This document shows positions 15,932-18,616 of a stretch of 18,616 nucleotides of DNA, in pieces. Source of the stretch: Candidatus Nanohaloarchaea archaeon (GTDB taxonomy: Archaea > Nanohalarchaeota > Nanosalinia > Nanosalinales > Nanosalinaceae); assembly GCA_042218325.1 (NCBI GenBank), contig JBDGRE010000003.1, forward strand, positions 10,307 to 28,922. The letters are read 5' to 3'. A model generated the notes under the pieces. The model was not told the origin of the DNA and did not search any database. It saw only the letters and a program-made list of their open reading frames with translations. Position numbers and translations under genes: made by a program. Every line of letters starts with the position of its first letter. Positions within the stretch are counted from its first letter, which is position 1.

Positions 15932-16375
15932 ATGACAGCGTTTCCAGGCGTATATGTCTACTACATCGTAGCGACCCTCGTAGGCGCCCTGCTCGCGCTC
16001 GTGGTGGTCTCGGTACTTTACATCAGAAGGATGCACCGCAGGATGAATCTTGGCTTCACGCGTTCACAGGACCGGTACAGGGAGGTCGAGAAGATAGGCC
16101 TCAGCAAGAAGGCGGAGGACATGCTGAAAGAGGTACTGGAGGAGCCCCAGTTCCAGAACGAACTGCCCGACAAGCTCGAGCTTTCGAAGGCTTCCGTGAG
16201 CAAGGCCAGCTCCGAGCTGCAGGAACGCGAGCTTATAAAGCGGAAGAAGAAGTCGCAGACCTACCTTATCGAGCCGGATATCGAGAGACTTGAGAAGGCG
16301 ACCGGCTCCAGATTCCCCGGCTGGGGACAGGGTTCAGCAGGTTTCCTCGATGTCAGCATGGCGGCGAGGAGATGA
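15932..16375 (+). CDS. Membrane-anchored winged-helix (MarR-like) regulator
   Basis: N-terminal TM helix. wHTH: QNELPDKLELSKASVSKASSELQERELIKRKK. Confidence 0.8.
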   Translation: MTAFPGVYVYYIVATLVGALLALVVVSVLYIRRMHRRMNLGFTRSQDRYREVEKIGLSKKAEDMLKEVLEEPQFQNELPDKLELSKASVSKASSELQERELIKRKKKSQTYLIEPDIERLEKATGSRFPGWGQGSAGFLDVSMAARR

Positions 16376-16415
16376 CACCGGTACAGCCTTAAACCTTGGA
16401 TAGGAGGACTGCGGT

Positions 16416-17636
16416 ATGGGAGAACTCAAGGACGCCCGGGAGAACCTGAGAGATGCGCTCGAAGAGATAGACAGCGAGGAGCACTATGAGAGACTGAAGG
16501 AGCACGAAAAAGTACTTGAGGTCAACTTCCCTGTAGAGCTTGACAGCGGGGAGGAGAAAATCTTCAAGGGTTACCGTGCGCGGCATTCGACCCTGAGAGG
16601 TCCCGCGAAGGGCGGGATACGTTTCCACCCGGATGTCAGCGAGGACGAGGTAAAGGCGCTCTCCCTGTGGATGACCCTGAAATGTGCGGTCGCCGACATC
16701 CCCTATGGCGGTGGCAAGGGCGGCGTAGCAGTCGACCCTTCAGATCTAAGTGACGGGGAGAGGAAAAGACTTTCAGAGAACTACATGGCGGCGATATCCG
16801 ACATCATAGGAGTCGAAACGGACGTCCCTGCACCCGATATGAACACCTCGGGCCGTGAAATGGCGTGGATGATGGACGAGTACTCGAAGATCCAGGGCTC
16901 CACAACTCCCGGGATAATAACCGGTAAACCTGTAGATGCGTTCGGGTCGAAGGGCCGCGCAGAAGCGACCGGCTACGGCGCCGCGTACGTCATAGAAAAG
17001 ATGATAGAAAAAGAAGGCCTTGAACCTGAGAACCTGACCGCGGCGGTACAGGGATTCGGTAACGCCGCGGAGCCCGCGGTGGAGAAACTCGACGAGATGG
17101 GTGTCAACGTTGTCGCGGTCTCCGATTCCGGTGGCGCGGTTTACGACGAGAACGGTTTCGACCACGGGAACCTGGTTAGCTGCAAGAGAGAGGCGGGAAC
17201 GGTCTGCAAGACAGGAGAGACCATAACAAATACAGAACTCTTGGAGCTTGACGTCGACTTCCTTGTCCCGGCGGCCATCGAGAACGTGATAAAGAAGGAC
17301 AAAGCCGCCGGGATACAGGCGGACTACATCGTGGAGGTCGCGAACGGGCCGACCACCCGGTCGGCGGACGAGATACTTGAGAAGAAGGGAGTCACTATGA
17401 TACCGGACGTGCTGGCGAACTCCGGCGGCGTCACGGTCTCCTACTACGAGTGGGTACAGAACCGTACCGGCGAGTACTGGGAGCGCGAAAAGGTGCTGGA
17501 AAAGCTACGTGAGAATATCCAGGGAGCCTACATGCAGTTCCGTGAACTCCGGGACTCCGAGCGGGTTTACGGCCGGAAGGCCGCGTATATGATGGCAGCG
17601 AAGAATATCGTCGACGCAATAGAGGCAAGACGCTAA
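16416..17636 (+). CDS. gdhA: Glu/Leu/Phe/Val dehydrogenase (glutamate dehydrogenase)
   Basis: GPAKGGIRF, GGGKGG, DVPAPDMNT, AVQGFGNA, EVANGP, ANSGGVTVSYYEW. Confidence 0.95.
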   Translation: MGELKDARENLRDALEEIDSEEHYERLKEHEKVLEVNFPVELDSGEEKIFKGYRARHSTLRGPAKGGIRFHPDVSEDEVKALSLWMTLKCAVADIPYGGGKGGVAVDPSDLSDGERKRLSENYMAAISDIIGVETDVPAPDMNTSGREMAWMMDEYSKIQGSTTPGIITGKPVDAFGSKGRAEATGYGAAYVIEKMIEKEGLEPENLTAAVQGFGNAAEPAVEKLDEMGVNVVAVSDSGGAVYDENGFDHGNLVSCKREAGTVCKTGETITNTELLELDVDFLVPAAIENVIKKDKAAGIQADYIVEVANGPTTRSADEILEKKGVTMIPDVLANSGGVTVSYYEWVQNRTGEYWEREKVLEKLRENIQGAYMQFRELRDSERVYGRKAAYMMAAKNIVDAIEARR

Positions 17637-17674
17637 CCCGTGGTTTCTAACGTACCCGGACACGATTACCATCT

Positions 17675-18259
17675 ATGAACCGTTCCACGGTTTACGGAGT
17701 CTTTATAGTGGTCGCCCTGTCGACCGGTTTCGCCTTACTTCTCTCCCTGACCACACCGGGCAGCAACGGGGACTTATCCCGTCAGAAGGCGCCGAGCCCT
17801 GGCATGGAGGCAGAGTACTTCGCCGGGAACGAGACGGTCGTGATAACCGTTAACGGGAGTGCCGGGGAGTTCAACCGGTCAAACACTCTACAGCTCTACG
17901 TCAAGGACAGGGCGGGAAACCTTACTGTAAAGGCTGAAAGAAGAGTGGTGAACGGCCACTGGCTGTCTATAAACAGGTCTTCAGCCGCCAGCTATCCGGT
18001 CAACCAGACCGGCAGGCTCTGGATCCTGTCCGATGGCGTGGATGACGACGGTGACGGTATAACGGGGATCGACGGCAACGAGACCCTTGAACTTGTCTAC
18101 TCCAGTGAAGGAGAATGGGAGAATTACCAGGAATACCCTGCAAGAGCCCCGTTGCTCGTGATATGGATAGAGAACTCCTCCCTGGAGCTTGTGAAGCAGG
18201 GAGACGGGGAACCGGTTATCGATTTTACAGGAACCGGGAGGACCCTTCCACCGGAATAG
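17675..18259 (+). CDS. Membrane-anchored/secreted hypothetical protein
   Basis: N-terminal hydrophobic helix, many NxS/T sequons, and a DDDGDG putative Ca-binding loop. Confidence 0.7.
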   Translation: MNRSTVYGVFIVVALSTGFALLLSLTTPGSNGDLSRQKAPSPGMEAEYFAGNETVVITVNGSAGEFNRSNTLQLYVKDRAGNLTVKAERRVVNGHWLSINRSSAASYPVNQTGRLWILSDGVDDDGDGITGIDGNETLELVYSSEGEWENYQEYPARAPLLVIWIENSSLELVKQGDGEPVIDFTGTGRTLPPE

Positions 18260-18298
18260 AAACCGAGTAGGTCTCGGACCGGTTGAAGGTTCTCTACC

Positions 18299-18551
18299 CT
18301 TTATAAGATTTAACCGAGAGCATGTACTTGCTCGCAGCCGTGAACGCGGAGTGAGCGTAAAGCCTGGAAGGGCGAAGATGAGCGCATTATATTTTTGCGT
18401 GATGCAGGAGAGACGGACATGATAGCATCCATAGAAATCGTCCGATACGTGGACGGTTTCGGTGTGTGATCCCGGTCTCATTTCGAGACCGTTTGAGAAG
18501 CCCGTTCTGCGGGTTTCGACGTCAAGAACCCTCCAACGTTTAGTTGGAGCA
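18299..18551 (+). promoter_or_regulatory. rRNA operon promoter and 5' external transcribed spacer
   Basis: TATA tttataag at ~18300. Several hairpins (ggtctcatttcgagacc; ctccaac..gttggag) lie before the 16S start. Confidence 0.6.
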
Positions 18552-18616
18552 ATTCCGGTTGATCCTGCCGGAGGCCACTGCTATCGGAGTCCTTTAGCCA
18601 TGCTAGTCGTTCGGGC
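18552..18616 (+). rRNA. rrs: 16S rRNA, 5' end (truncated by the window edge)
   Basis: ATTCCGGTTGATCCTGCCGGAGGCCACTGCTATCGG...TTAGCCATGCTAGTCG is the archaeal 16S 5' consensus. Confidence 0.96.

Noticed and set aside
15771-16395. agccttaaac occurring twice (15771 and 16386)
   Set aside because: Only 10 bp and TATA-like. There is no other sign of a target-site duplication.

Overview
Archaeal window with acidic proteins, class III pilin signal and archaeal 16S 5' end, most consistent with a halophilic DPANN lineage such as Nanohaloarchaeota (inference). From left to right it holds the 3' end of rpoN, NUDIX/ZIP/HIT genes, an 841-aa coiled-coil protein and tRNA-Glu(TTC). Next is a ~2.35-kb AT-rich island bounded by a 51-bp tRNA 3' duplication. 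The island carries a collapsed tyrosine integrase, a type IV pilin-LamG adhesin and a convergent RelB/RelE-like pair. It is followed by a three-gene ATP-citrate-lyase-like system (CCS beta, CCS alpha, CCL) with an inserted HAD gene, PduO adenosyltransferase, split lipoate ligase and an alpha/beta hydrolase. The right part has an intron-containing tRNA-Leu(GAG) flanked by duplicates of both its ends, tRNA-His, a frameshifted DUF5667-like gene, a membrane-anchored wHTH, glutamate dehydrogenase and the start of 16S rRNA. All family calls come from motif recognition by eye; no database search was run.
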